A stretch of DNA of 64,000 nt from Nannocystis bainbridge (GTDB lineage Bacteria; Myxococcota_A; Polyangia; Nannocystales; Nannocystaceae), in contig NZ_JAQNDL010000003.1 in NCBI RefSeq assembly GCF_028368995.1, positions 2,080,001 to 2,144,000 of the forward strand, read 5' to 3'. The notes under the pieces were generated by a model, which saw only the letters and a program-made list of their open reading frames with translations, was not told the DNA's origin and did no database searches. Below, in pieces: positions 9,497-20,828 of this stretch (position 1 is the first letter of the stretch; each line of letters starts with the position of its first letter). The position numbers and the translations under genes were made by a program.

Positions 9497-10195
9497 ATGA
9501 TCATCATGGAACACGGCCGAGCGATCAGCTTCACCCGCCCCGACGGACAGGACGCCCCCGGCGTGCTGTTCTCCGCCGCCGACGGCGCCCCTGGCGTCGT
9601 CCTCATTCAAGAGTGGTGGGGCATCAACGACCAGATCCGCGGCGTCGGTCAGCGCCTCGCCGACGCCGGCTACCGCGTCCTGATCCCCGACCTCTACCGC
9701 GGCCGCGCCACCGCCGTCGCCGACGAGGCCAAGCACCTCATGACCGGCCTCGACTTCGGCCAGGCCCTCTCCGACATCGCCGGCGCCCTCGCCTATCTCA
9801 AGGGACAGGACGCTTCGGCCCGGGTCGGCATCATCGGCTTCTGCCTCGGCGGCGCCCTCGCCCTCGCCTCGCTCTGCAACGTCCACGGCTTCGACGCCGG
9901 CGTCTGCTACTACGGCATCCCCGGCGCCGGCGCCGACGCCAGCAACCTGCTCGCCCCGCTTCAGGCCCACTTCGCCGAGTTCGACGACTGGTGCACCCCC
10001 GACGCCGTCCGCGCCCTCGAGGACAAGCTGCGCGCCGGCACCACCGAGTACGAGCTCTACCGCTACAGCGCCCAGCACGCCTTCTTCAACGACGCTCGCC
10101 CCGAGGTCTACGACCCGGTCGCCGCCGCCGAGTCGTGGCGCCGCTCGCTCGACTTCTTCCACCGCCACCTCGGCGGCCCCGACCGCGCCGCCTGA
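9497..10195 (+). CDS. Dienelactone hydrolase family protein
   Basis: VLIQEWWG, GFCLGG nucleophile motif, HAFFND. Confidence 0.92.
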   Translation: MIIMEHGRAISFTRPDGQDAPGVLFSAADGAPGVVLIQEWWGINDQIRGVGQRLADAGYRVLIPDLYRGRATAVADEAKHLMTGLDFGQALSDIAGALAYLKGQDASARVGIIGFCLGGALALASLCNVHGFDAGVCYYGIPGAGADASNLLAPLQAHFAEFDDWCTPDAVRALEDKLRAGTTEYELYRYSAQHAFFNDARPEVYDPVAAAESWRRSLDFFHRHLGGPDRAA

Positions 10196-10226
10196 GCCGG
10201 CGCATCACCCCTGAAGCGGCGACCCC

Positions 10227-10256
10227 GGAGCCTGTCTCTTTGGACAGGCTCCTTTT
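10227..10256 (+). terminator. Rho-independent terminator after the hydrolase gene
   Basis: GGAGCCTGTC-TCTTTG-GACAGGCTCC followed by TTTT. Confidence 0.75.
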
Positions 10257-10262
10257 CATCGT

Positions 10263-12818
10263 TCACAGCAGCGACTGCGGATCGACATCCACGTTCGCCA
10301 TCGTCTTGAATTCCCCGCTGCCTGCGTCGCCGAGCCGCGGTCGCAGCTGCCGCAGCAACCACCGCAGCGGCGGTCGGCTGCTCGCGCGGACCAGCATCTG
10401 CCAGCGCACCCGCCGGTTCACTCGCTCGATCAGCGACGCCTTCGGCCCGAGCAGCTGCAGGGGTGGCAGCGCCTCGGCGGCCCCGGGCTCCTCCGCGTGC
10501 TTGCGCCGCACCTCTTCCGCCGCCGCGCGAATCACCACCGCCAGCTCCTCCGCGCGCCGCTGCACCGCCACCTGATCCGGCCCGGAGATCCGCACCAGCG
10601 CCAGGTGGCCGAACGGCGGGTTGTGGAGCTCGCGCCGCTTGTCGAGCTCCCACGCCGCGAACGCCTCGAAGTCGTGCTGCGCCGCGAACGCGATCGCCGG
10701 GTTGTTGATCCCGTACGCCTGGATCAGCACTCGACCCGACCTGTCCCCGCGGCCAGCTCGGCCTGCCACCTGCGTCAACAGCTGGAACGTTCGCTCCGAC
10801 GCGCGGATGTCCGGCAACCCGAGCCCGTGATCGCCCTGGAGGATCCCCACCAGCGTCACCCCGGGGAAGTCGTGCCCCTTCGAGAGCATCTGCGTCCCCA
10901 CCAGGATGTCCGCCTCGCGGCGACGAAACGCCGACAGCGTCTCGAGCAGGCCCTTGCCCCGACTCGTGTCGCGATCGAGCCGCAGCACCCGCGCCCCCGG
11001 CACGTCCTTCGCCAGCGCCAGCTCGATGCGCTCCGTCCCCGCGTTGCCGTGCAGCAGCTCGCCCTCGCCACAATCCATGCAGCGCTCCGGCGGCGCCTCG
11101 ATGTACCCGCACCAGTGACACATCAAGCGATTGCGCCCGAGGTGATACGTCATCGCCGGCGCGCTGCAGTCGGGGCAGTGATGCAGCGCCCCGCAGCGGT
11201 CGCAGATCAGCGTGGTCGCGAAGCCGCGGCGGTTGAGGAACACGATCGCCTGCTCGCCCGCCGCCACCGTCTCCACCAGCGCCGTGCGCATGCGGCCCGT
11301 CAGCAGCGTCTCCGGGTCGGGACGGTGCACCGCCAGCGACAGCAGCTCCACCTCCGGCAGCGGTCGCGTCGTCGGCCGCGTCGTCATCCGCAGCCACCGG
11401 ATCTTGCCTGCCCGCGCCGACTCGTACGTCTCGAGCGCCGGCGTCGCGCTGCCCAACACGGCCACCGCCGACGCGTCGCGCGCCCGCACCAGCGCCACGT
11501 CGCGCGCGCTGTAGCGGACCCCTTCCTCTTGCTTGAACGACCCGTCGTGCTCCTCGTCGACCACGATCACCCGCAGGTCGGGCACCGGCGCGAACACGGC
11601 CGAGCGGGCCCCGATCACGATCGGCCGCGCGCCCATGCGGATCTGCTGCCACGCGTCCAGGCGCTGACGCGGCGTCAGCCCGCTGTGCAGCACCGCCACC
11701 GTCTCGCCGAAGCGCGCCCGGAACCGGTCCGAGAGCTGCGGCGTCAGGGCGATCTCCGGCACCAGCACGATCGCCCCGCCTCCGCGCGCCCGCGCGTCCG
11801 CGATCAGCTGCAAGTACACCTCCGTCTTGCCGCTGCCAGTCACCCCGTGCAGCAGCGACGCCGCGAACTTGCCCCCCTCGAGGTCCGCGCGCAACGTCGC
11901 CAGCGCCGCCGCCTGGTCGGCCGTCGGCGTCTGCGGCAGCGTCGGCTCGATCGTCCCCGCCGCGAACGGATCCAGCGCCCGCAGCCGCTCCTCGACCGCC
12001 ACCAGCCCCGCCGCGAGCAGCGGCTCCAGCAGCTTCTTGTGGCCCGGGAACGGCCCGCGCAGCTCCCCCGCCGCCACCCACGAACCTGCCCCTTCGAGCA
12101 GGTCGAGCAGCGCCCGTCGCTGCTTGCTGCGACCGATGTGCTCGCGCAGCGTCTCCTCCGCGGTGGCCGCTCCCCGCAAGTAATCCGTGCGGCGGTAGTG
12201 CGCCTCGACGCGCGCCCCCTCGCCGCCGGCGTCCTCCCAGGAGATCGTGCACAGCTCTTTGACCGCGAGGTCGCCGATGAGGCGCAGCACCCCGGGGATC
12301 CGCGGCCGCAGGTCGATGAGCCGCTCGACCGCGAGCTCGCCCCCCGGCGCCGACGCCAGCGCTGCCAGCACCCGCTGCTCCGCCGCCGTCGGCAGCCCCG
12401 TGTCGTCGATCGGCTGCAGCACCACCTCACGCGCGGCCGCCAGCGCCTGCGCACCTGCCTCCGACAACATGACCCTTCGGACGTCATGCCCCGTCAGCAG
12501 ACCCGGCAGCGCCAGGCGATAGACCTCGCCCACCGGCGCCACATAGTAGTCGGCCACCCACTCGCAGAGGCGCGCCAGCTCGAGCGTCAACGACGGCGCG
12601 CCCGGCGGATCGAGCACCTCCTCGAGCAACTTGATGCGCGCCCCGTCCAGCCGCTCCGGCGCCGCCGCGCGCACCACTCCGACCAGCCCGCGGTTGGCGA
12701 ACGGCACCAATACGCGCGCCCCCGGCTCCGGCGCGCTCGGCCACGACGTCGGCACCGCGTACGTGAACCCGCGGTCGAGCGCCACCGGCAGGGCCACCGA
12801 GACCAGCCGCTCGCTCAC
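10263..12818 (-). CDS. priA: Primosomal protein N' (replication restart helicase)
   Basis: GTG at 12818; HGVTGSGKTEVY, DEEHD, Cys-rich zinc region, GTQMLSKGHDFP, QVAGRAGR, DVDPQSLL. Confidence 0.96.
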   Translation of the reverse strand: MSERLVSVALPVALDRGFTYAVPTSWPSAPEPGARVLVPFANRGLVGVVRAAAPERLDGARIKLLEEVLDPPGAPSLTLELARLCEWVADYYVAPVGEVYRLALPGLLTGHDVRRVMLSEAGAQALAAAREVVLQPIDDTGLPTAAEQRVLAALASAPGGELAVERLIDLRPRIPGVLRLIGDLAVKELCTISWEDAGGEGARVEAHYRRTDYLRGAATAEETLREHIGRSKQRRALLDLLEGAGSWVAAGELRGPFPGHKKLLEPLLAAGLVAVEERLRALDPFAAGTIEPTLPQTPTADQAAALATLRADLEGGKFAASLLHGVTGSGKTEVYLQLIADARARGGGAIVLVPEIALTPQLSDRFRARFGETVAVLHSGLTPRQRLDAWQQIRMGARPIVIGARSAVFAPVPDLRVIVVDEEHDGSFKQEEGVRYSARDVALVRARDASAVAVLGSATPALETYESARAGKIRWLRMTTRPTTRPLPEVELLSLAVHRPDPETLLTGRMRTALVETVAAGEQAIVFLNRRGFATTLICDRCGALHHCPDCSAPAMTYHLGRNRLMCHWCGYIEAPPERCMDCGEGELLHGNAGTERIELALAKDVPGARVLRLDRDTSRGKGLLETLSAFRRREADILVGTQMLSKGHDFPGVTLVGILQGDHGLGLPDIRASERTFQLLTQVAGRAGRGDRSGRVLIQAYGINNPAIAFAAQHDFEAFAAWELDKRRELHNPPFGHLALVRISGPDQVAVQRRAEELAVVIRAAAEEVRRKHAEEPGAAEALPPLQLLGPKASLIERVNRRVRWQMLVRASSRPPLRWLLRQLRPRLGDAGSGEFKTMANVDVDPQSLL

Positions 12819-13417
12819 CGCGAACCCTCCTCCGCCTCGCGCCGCGTCTGATACAGCGCCCGTCGCAGCGCCCCGCGCATCAGCGCCAGCTCGAGCACCG
12901 CCGCCACCAGCATCACCCCGCCGGCCGCCAGAAGCACCCGCCGCGACCACTCCACCCACAGCACCAGCAGGCCCGCCTCACCGGCCGCGACCCCGCGCGC
13001 CGCCCCGGCGATCACCCCGCGCACGGCCAGCGCCAGCGCGACCACCACCGCCGCGCCGATCACCGCCGTCACGACGCCGATGCGCACCGCGCCCACGCGA
13101 CCGAGCCGCGAGCGATCGCCCTCGACCCAGCCGAGCGAACCACTCGCCGCCGCGGCCACCAGCGCCGTCACGACCGGCACGCCCACGAACATCGGCCATG
13201 TCCCGAAGAACATGTCCAAAAGACCATGCGCGCTCTCGCCCGACCACGCCGCCCGCAACACCGAAGCCAGCGAGGCATCGAGGTGATGCGGGAGCGCGGC
13301 CGCCAGCGTCAGGCACAGCAGCGCCGGCACGAGACGCGAGGACCTCGGCCGCAGACCGACCCGCCAGGCCAGCGCGACGCGAGCGCGGCTCGGCGGGGTG
13401 GTGGCGTCGAGGTCCAC
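12815..13417 (-). CDS. Degenerate FlhB/SctU-like protein, membrane domain only
   Basis: N-terminal TTPPSRARVALAWRVGLRPRSSRL resembles FlhB TExPTxxRLxxARxxGxVxxSxEL; four hydrophobic segments; C-terminal LELALMRGALRRALYQTRREAEE resembles D..QR...L.MTK.EVK.E; ends before the NPTH domain. Confidence 0.6.
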   Translation of the reverse strand: MDLDATTPPSRARVALAWRVGLRPRSSRLVPALLCLTLAAALPHHLDASLASVLRAAWSGESAHGLLDMFFGTWPMFVGVPVVTALVAAAASGSLGWVEGDRSRLGRVGAVRIGVVTAVIGAAVVVALALAVRGVIAGAARGVAAGEAGLLVLWVEWSRRVLLAAGGVMLVAAVLELALMRGALRRALYQTRREAEEGSR

Positions 13418-13502
13418 TGCGCGAGGCTTTTAGCGCGCCCGCGCCCGCGCGCCAAGAACCTGGGCGGCCGGCGGAGATCCCGGCCGCCGAGGCCTCGGCC
13501 GA

Positions 13503-13880
13503 TCAGCCGCCGACCTCGGGCCGGTTGAACGACAGCTTGAAGCCGGTGAGACAGCGCGTGGCGCCGTTGCCGACCTTGTACGACGGCACGATCTCCACGT
13601 TCGGCTGCGAGCGCAGCGCGTCGAACAGCATGCCGATCGAGTCGGAGCTCACGTTGCGACCGGGGCACAGCGACCCGCCCCACTTGTAGTCGCGCTTGGT
13701 CCCGGTCTTCTCGCGCACCGACACCACGCCGTTGGCCATCGCGTAGTCGTCGCTGCTGCTCTCGTAGAGGGTCACGGAGTCGACGGTCCCCAGCGAACCG
13801 GACGAATCGGCGAACGTGGTGGCGGGGGCGGACACAATCATCAAACCAGCGAGCAGGGACAAACAGGGGCGGAGCGACAT
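13503..13880 (-). CDS. Small secreted hypothetical protein
   Basis: ATG with GGA-rich RBS, signal peptide ending TFA, two cysteines in the mature part. Confidence 0.7.
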   Translation of the reverse strand: MSLRPCLSLLAGLMIVSAPATTFADSSGSLGTVDSVTLYESSSDDYAMANGVVSVREKTGTKRDYKWGGSLCPGRNVSSDSIGMLFDALRSQPNVEIVPSYKVGNGATRCLTGFKLSFNRPEVGG

Positions 13881-14056
13881 GGAGGGTTCCTCGTGCGGAT
13901 TCGGGGGCCTTCAGACCCGGAGGTGCAGGATGCTATTCACGAGCAGAGCCTGTCACGCCGGCGGTTGCGTCCGCATGACCTCGATCGGATCACCGGGCGG
14001 ATCTGCTCGTGCGCACGTCGGTGTTTTCGAGCGATGAATGATGTAGTGGTTGCTTC

Positions 14057-14686
14057 ATGGCTCAGTCCGGGACCTCTGCGGCAGACCTCGGCAACCCGAG
14101 GCGCGCGCAGATCCTCGACGCCGCCGAGCGACTGCTCCACCACTACGGCCACGCCAAGACCACCGTCGCCGAAATCGCCCGCGAGGCCGGCGTCAGCGTC
14201 GGCTCGGTCTATCTCGAGTTCGAGGCCAAGGACGCCATCTGGGTCGAGCTCTCGCACCGCCGTCACGACGCCGTGCTCGCCGCGATTCGTGGCGCCGCCA
14301 ACGCGCCCAAGAAGCTCTACGCCCACCGTCTGCATGCGGCGCTCGTGGCGCGAACCAGAGCCTTCCTCGCCCTCGCCGAGCGCGGCGCGCACGCCGCGGA
14401 GCTCGTTCACGGTCACGCGTGCCCGGCGATCCGCGAAGCGAAGGAGATCTATCACCGCCGCGAACGCGAGATCGTCGCCGAGCTCTTGCAAGCGGGTGAG
14501 GACGCCGGCGAGTTCGCGATCAAGGACGCGACCGCCACCGCCGCGACCTTGTTGCAGGCGTTCGTCGCGTTCGTGCCACCGCTCCTCTTCACGCGCGCGC
14601 CCGACGAGCTCGAGCGCGAGGTCACCGCTCTGCACCAACTCCTCGTCTACGGGCTCTGCCGCGCCGAACCTCGGTCTCGCAGTTGA
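14057..14686 (+). CDS. TetR/AcrR family transcriptional regulator
   Basis: RRAQILDAAERLL...TTVAEIAREAGVSVGSVYLEF HTH. Confidence 0.92.
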   Translation: MAQSGTSAADLGNPRRAQILDAAERLLHHYGHAKTTVAEIAREAGVSVGSVYLEFEAKDAIWVELSHRRHDAVLAAIRGAANAPKKLYAHRLHAALVARTRAFLALAERGAHAAELVHGHACPAIREAKEIYHRREREIVAELLQAGEDAGEFAIKDATATAATLLQAFVAFVPPLLFTRAPDELEREVTALHQLLVYGLCRAEPRSRS

Positions 14687-14771
14687 CGGCGAGTTGAACG
14701 GTTTTAAGTTCGGTTCACGTCATCACGACGTACCCCTGCAGGCTTAGCCGCGGGGAGCGAAAGGAACCGAG

Positions 14772-17156
<2,385 letters not shown>

Positions 17157-17401
17157 GTCGAGCGGGCGCCCACGGTCGACGACGCATCGCCGCTGACCGC
17201 CACGCGCCCGACCCGGGGATCCGCACCACACGGCGCGGATCCTGTTTATTTTCGCGGTTGGACGGCCCGAGCGTGACCGGCGCAAACGGGCGGTCCCGCG
17301 GCCGTCCAGCCTCCGGCTCGTGACATTGAGCTTTCCGGAGAGCGAGCCCGCGCCTCACGGCGAATTGACGAAGTCGGACGCGTCGGCCGAGAATCACCGC
17401 G

Positions 17402-18331
17402 TTGACCACGGCACCCGACAAGATCGGTCCCTACGAGGTGCTCGAGCGCATCAGCGCCGGCGGCATGGCTGAGGTGTACAAGGCCAAGCTGACCGGCGCC
17501 GACAGCTTCGAGCGGCTGGTGGCGATCAAGCGGATCTTGCCGCACATCGCCCGCGACCCGAACTTCATCGCCATGTTCCAGGCGGAGGCCAAGCTGGCGG
17601 TGCAGCTGCAGCACGGCAACATCGCCCAGATCTACCAGCTCGGTCGCCAGGACGAGGCCTTCTACATCGCCCTCGAGTACGTCGAGGGCCGCGACGTCGG
17701 AGCGCTGCTCGACCTGCACCAAAAGGCCGGCAAGGCGCTGCCCCTCGCGCAGGCCTGCTACATCATCACCCGCTGCGCCGAGGGCCTCGACTACGCCCAC
17801 AACAAGAAGAGCGACGACGGCCGGCCGCTCAACATCATCCACCGCGACATCAGCCCGCCCAACATCCTCATCTCGTACGAGGGCGAGGTGAAGCTGATCG
17901 ACTTCGGTCTGGCCAAGGCGACCAGCTCGTCGGTGCAGACCCAGGCCGGCGTGATCAAGGGCAAGCTCGCGTACATGTCGCCTGAGCAGGTCCGCGGCAC
18001 GCCGCTCGACGCCCGCAGCGACGTGTTCGCGCTCGGCATCGTGTTCTTCGAGCTGCTGACCGGCCGCCGCCTGTTCCGCCGCGACAGCGACATCGAGACC
18101 TTCGAGAGCGTGCGTCAGTGCAAGGTGCCGCGCCCGAGCGAGGTCAACCCGGCGATCCCCGCCCAGCTCGAGCAGATCCTGCTGCGAGCGCTGGCCCGCG
18201 GGCTCGACGACCGTTACCCGTCGGCGGCGACCCTGGCCGAGGCGCTGCGCGAGTTCGCGTTCACCCACCAGCTGCGCTACCGCGGCGACCAGCTCGGCGG
18301 GTGGATGCGCCAGATCTTCCGCAAGAACTGA
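17402..18331 (+). CDS. Stand-alone Hanks-type Ser/Thr protein kinase
   Basis: GGMAEVY, VAIKR, HRDISPPN, DFG, YMSPEQ, DVFALG; no sensor or TM region. Confidence 0.93.
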   Translation: MTTAPDKIGPYEVLERISAGGMAEVYKAKLTGADSFERLVAIKRILPHIARDPNFIAMFQAEAKLAVQLQHGNIAQIYQLGRQDEAFYIALEYVEGRDVGALLDLHQKAGKALPLAQACYIITRCAEGLDYAHNKKSDDGRPLNIIHRDISPPNILISYEGEVKLIDFGLAKATSSSVQTQAGVIKGKLAYMSPEQVRGTPLDARSDVFALGIVFFELLTGRRLFRRDSDIETFESVRQCKVPRPSEVNPAIPAQLEQILLRALARGLDDRYPSAATLAEALREFAFTHQLRYRGDQLGGWMRQIFRKN

Positions 18332-18332
18332 C

Positions 18333-19775
18333 TCAGTCGCCGAGCCCGATCCGGCCGATCATCTGCAAGCGGCGCGGCGAGGCGCTGTCGAGCTCGACGA
18401 CGCCGATCGTGCTGGCGAGCGTGTGCACGACGTACAGCTTGCGCCGCGCCTCGTCGACGACCAGCTCGTTGGGCCCGTCGTCGACCGGGATGGTGCCGAT
18501 CACGGTGAACGAGCCGAGCGCGACGGCGGCGATCTCGTCATCGGAGTAACAGCTGACGAACGCGATCGCCTCGGCCTGCTTCGGCCGGTGGACCGCCAGG
18601 ATGTTCGGGTTGTGACACAGCGCGACGCTGTCGATCGGATCGTTGAGCGGCTCGCCCGAGGGGCCGAGGCTGGTATCGACCAGCGACAGCGACGGCGGCG
18701 TGGTGTGGACCGCGAGCAGGCGATCGCCGACCTCCGGATCGATGAACTCGATCTCGCCCATGTACGGGCGGTCGCCGGCGGCGTACGGGTCGGCGACCGG
18801 CAACCAGTGACTGGCGAACCGCACCAGCGTGTCGCGCCCGGTCTCGACGCTGAACAGACGCACGCCGGGCCAGAAGCGGTGCGAGGCGTACAGCAGCGGG
18901 CGCGTGCAACTCTCGGTGCGAGGCGGCGCGTCGGTCGGGTCGCAGGCGCGCTGGGCGACCGCGAAGCCGCCGGCGAGCACGCCCTTGCCGCCCGGCTCGG
19001 GCGCGAAGAAGGCGGCGTTGGGGTCGGTGATGTCGGTGATCTTCGGCCCGTACTCGGCGTCGAGGGCGATGAGGCTCATGCGCGCGCCGAGCAGGTGCGG
19101 CAAGTAGGCGAAGCGATAGCCCTCGCTGTCGACGAAGATCCGCGCCGGGTCGGACGGCAGGCGCGCGCCCGCCGGGTCGTTGCCGAGCCGCTGCAGCGAG
19201 TGCGCCGCGTCGCACTCACCCTCGGCGTCCTGCCCGCACTCGACCTTGATGCCGCCGGCCTCGCGCACGACGTCGATCCACGTCACCGCTCGCTCTTCGA
19301 GGCTCGACGGCACCAGCAGCCGCCACGGGCCGTCGTCGCCGATCGGCCGGTCGAGGGCGATGTTGCCGGCGCCGCTGGTGAACCGGACCGAGTGCGCGCG
19401 CTGGATGAAGTAGCGCTCCTCGCACTCGACGATCTCCTGGTCCTTCGCACCTGTCCCTTCGGACATGGCCTGGGCGACACGACAGGGCGCGGCGGCGCTG
19501 AGCTCGGCGTCGGCCGGCGCGGGCGGCTCGGCGAACGCCTGGTCGAGCGCGCGCAGGTTGAGCACCACGAGGGTGCTCGACTTGACCGCGAGGTCGAGGT
19601 TGCTGTTGGTGACGAACAACCACGCGCCGTCGGGCGACAGCAAGGCGCCGGTCGGCAGCCGCAGCGCCTGCAGGTCGGCCGGCTCGGGCTCGCCGCGCCC
19701 GCAGGTCGCCAGCAGCAGCATCGCGGCGCACCAGCGGTGAGAGACGCGCGGCATTCGACGAGAGGACGGTATCAC
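18333..19775 (-). CDS. Lipoprotein with YncE-like beta-propeller
   Basis: Lipobox LLATC; LSPDGAWLFVTNSN and GPNELVVDEARRKLYVVH blades; start may be ATG 19754. Confidence 0.7.
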   Translation of the reverse strand: MIPSSRRMPRVSHRWCAAMLLLATCGRGEPEPADLQALRLPTGALLSPDGAWLFVTNSNLDLAVKSSTLVVLNLRALDQAFAEPPAPADAELSAAAPCRVAQAMSEGTGAKDQEIVECEERYFIQRAHSVRFTSGAGNIALDRPIGDDGPWRLLVPSSLEERAVTWIDVVREAGGIKVECGQDAEGECDAAHSLQRLGNDPAGARLPSDPARIFVDSEGYRFAYLPHLLGARMSLIALDAEYGPKITDITDPNAAFFAPEPGGKGVLAGGFAVAQRACDPTDAPPRTESCTRPLLYASHRFWPGVRLFSVETGRDTLVRFASHWLPVADPYAAGDRPYMGEIEFIDPEVGDRLLAVHTTPPSLSLVDTSLGPSGEPLNDPIDSVALCHNPNILAVHRPKQAEAIAFVSCYSDDEIAAVALGSFTVIGTIPVDDGPNELVVDEARRKLYVVHTLASTIGVVELDSASPRRLQMIGRIGLGD

Positions 19776-19778
19776 GCC

Positions 19779-20474
19779 TCAGACCCGCGCGAGGGCCTGC
19801 AGCCACGCGTCCGGGTGCACGGCCCAGGCCGCGGCGAGGGCGGTGAGTGCGGCGACGGCGACGAGCCACGGCCGGCTCGCGGCCGCCAGCGCGGCCATGG
19901 GTCCAGGCCTCGCGGCGCACGCGAGCGCGAGCTCGACGACGGCGGCGGTGAGCAGCACGGGCGTGGCAAGACCGAGCGCGAGCACGGTGGCGTCGTGGGC
20001 CGCCGCGCTCACCGCCGCGAGGTCGAGCTGCAACGGCCACGCGCCGGGCTCGCCCACCGGCCAGCGCGTCGCGCACGCGCGCAAGCCGGTCAACAGCGGC
20101 CGATGCAGCCCGGTCGCCAGCGCGAGCGAACCGACCAGCGCCACGTGCAGGGCCGCGAACGCGCGCGCCCCTGCGAGCCCGAGCGCGACCCCCGAGCGGC
20201 GAGCCGCCCCGAGCGCCGCGTCGCCCGGCAAGCTGACGAGCGCCCCGAGCACGGCGCCGAGCAACAGCTCGAAGCCGGCCGCCAGCAGCCACGATGTCCA
20301 CGCCACCGGCGCCAGGCGGATCGGGGCCCACGCGGCCGCCAGGATCGCCGCCAGCCCCGCCGCGATCGCCCACCACATCCCGCCCGCGGCCGCGCGCCAC
20401 AGCGTCTGGGCCTGCAAGACGGCGAACAGACGCAGCGCCAGCCAGGCCCACGCGGCCAGCGGCCCCGCGATCAT
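19779..20474 (-). CDS. FliR/SctT-like export gate membrane protein (degenerate)
   Basis: Very hydrophobic; ELLLGAVLG, TGLHRPLLTGL, LGLATPVLL...VELALACAAR match the FliR pattern; follows fliP/fliQ-like genes. Confidence 0.7.
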   Translation of the reverse strand: MIAGPLAAWAWLALRLFAVLQAQTLWRAAAGGMWWAIAAGLAAILAAAWAPIRLAPVAWTSWLLAAGFELLLGAVLGALVSLPGDAALGAARRSGVALGLAGARAFAALHVALVGSLALATGLHRPLLTGLRACATRWPVGEPGAWPLQLDLAAVSAAAHDATVLALGLATPVLLTAAVVELALACAARPGPMAALAAASRPWLVAVAALTALAAAWAVHPDAWLQALARV

Positions 20475-20496
20475 CGCCGGCCCCGGCCGTGAATCA

Positions 20497-20558
20497 CATG
20501 TCCTCCGGGACAGCCTGTTCGCGCTCTCGCACGAAAATAACATGTCCTCGAGGACAGC
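20497..20558. repeat. Two copies of the 18-bp palindrome in the fliQ-fliR gap
   Basis: catgtc-ctccgg-gacagc (20497) and catgtc-ctcgag-gacagc (20541). Confidence 0.8.
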
Positions 20559-20828
20559 TCATCGCCCGCGCCCGATCTCGGGCAGCAGCGCCCACAGCCC
20601 GCGCGTGTACGTGGTCCCGTCGGCCAGCCATCCCGCGCCGAACCACCACACCACCGCCAGCACCGCCGTCGCACGGGCCAGCAGCACCGGCGCCGGATCG
20701 GTGACGCCGAGGCGGTGGCACAGCCAGCCGATCACCAGCGCCGCCCCGGCCGCGGCCCCGGCCGCAGGTGCGAGCAGCCACGCCGTCTGGACCAGCCCGT
20801 CGCGCATCGCGTCGAGCGCCGGGGTCAC
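20559..20828 (-). CDS. FliQ/SctS-like export gate protein (degenerate)
   Basis: 89 aa, two hydrophobic helices, LVIGWL...GVTDP...WFGAGWL; GTG overlaps the fliP-like stop. Confidence 0.65.
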   Translation of the reverse strand: MTPALDAMRDGLVQTAWLLAPAAGAAAGAALVIGWLCHRLGVTDPAPVLLARATAVLAVVWWFGAGWLADGTTYTRGLWALLPEIGRGR

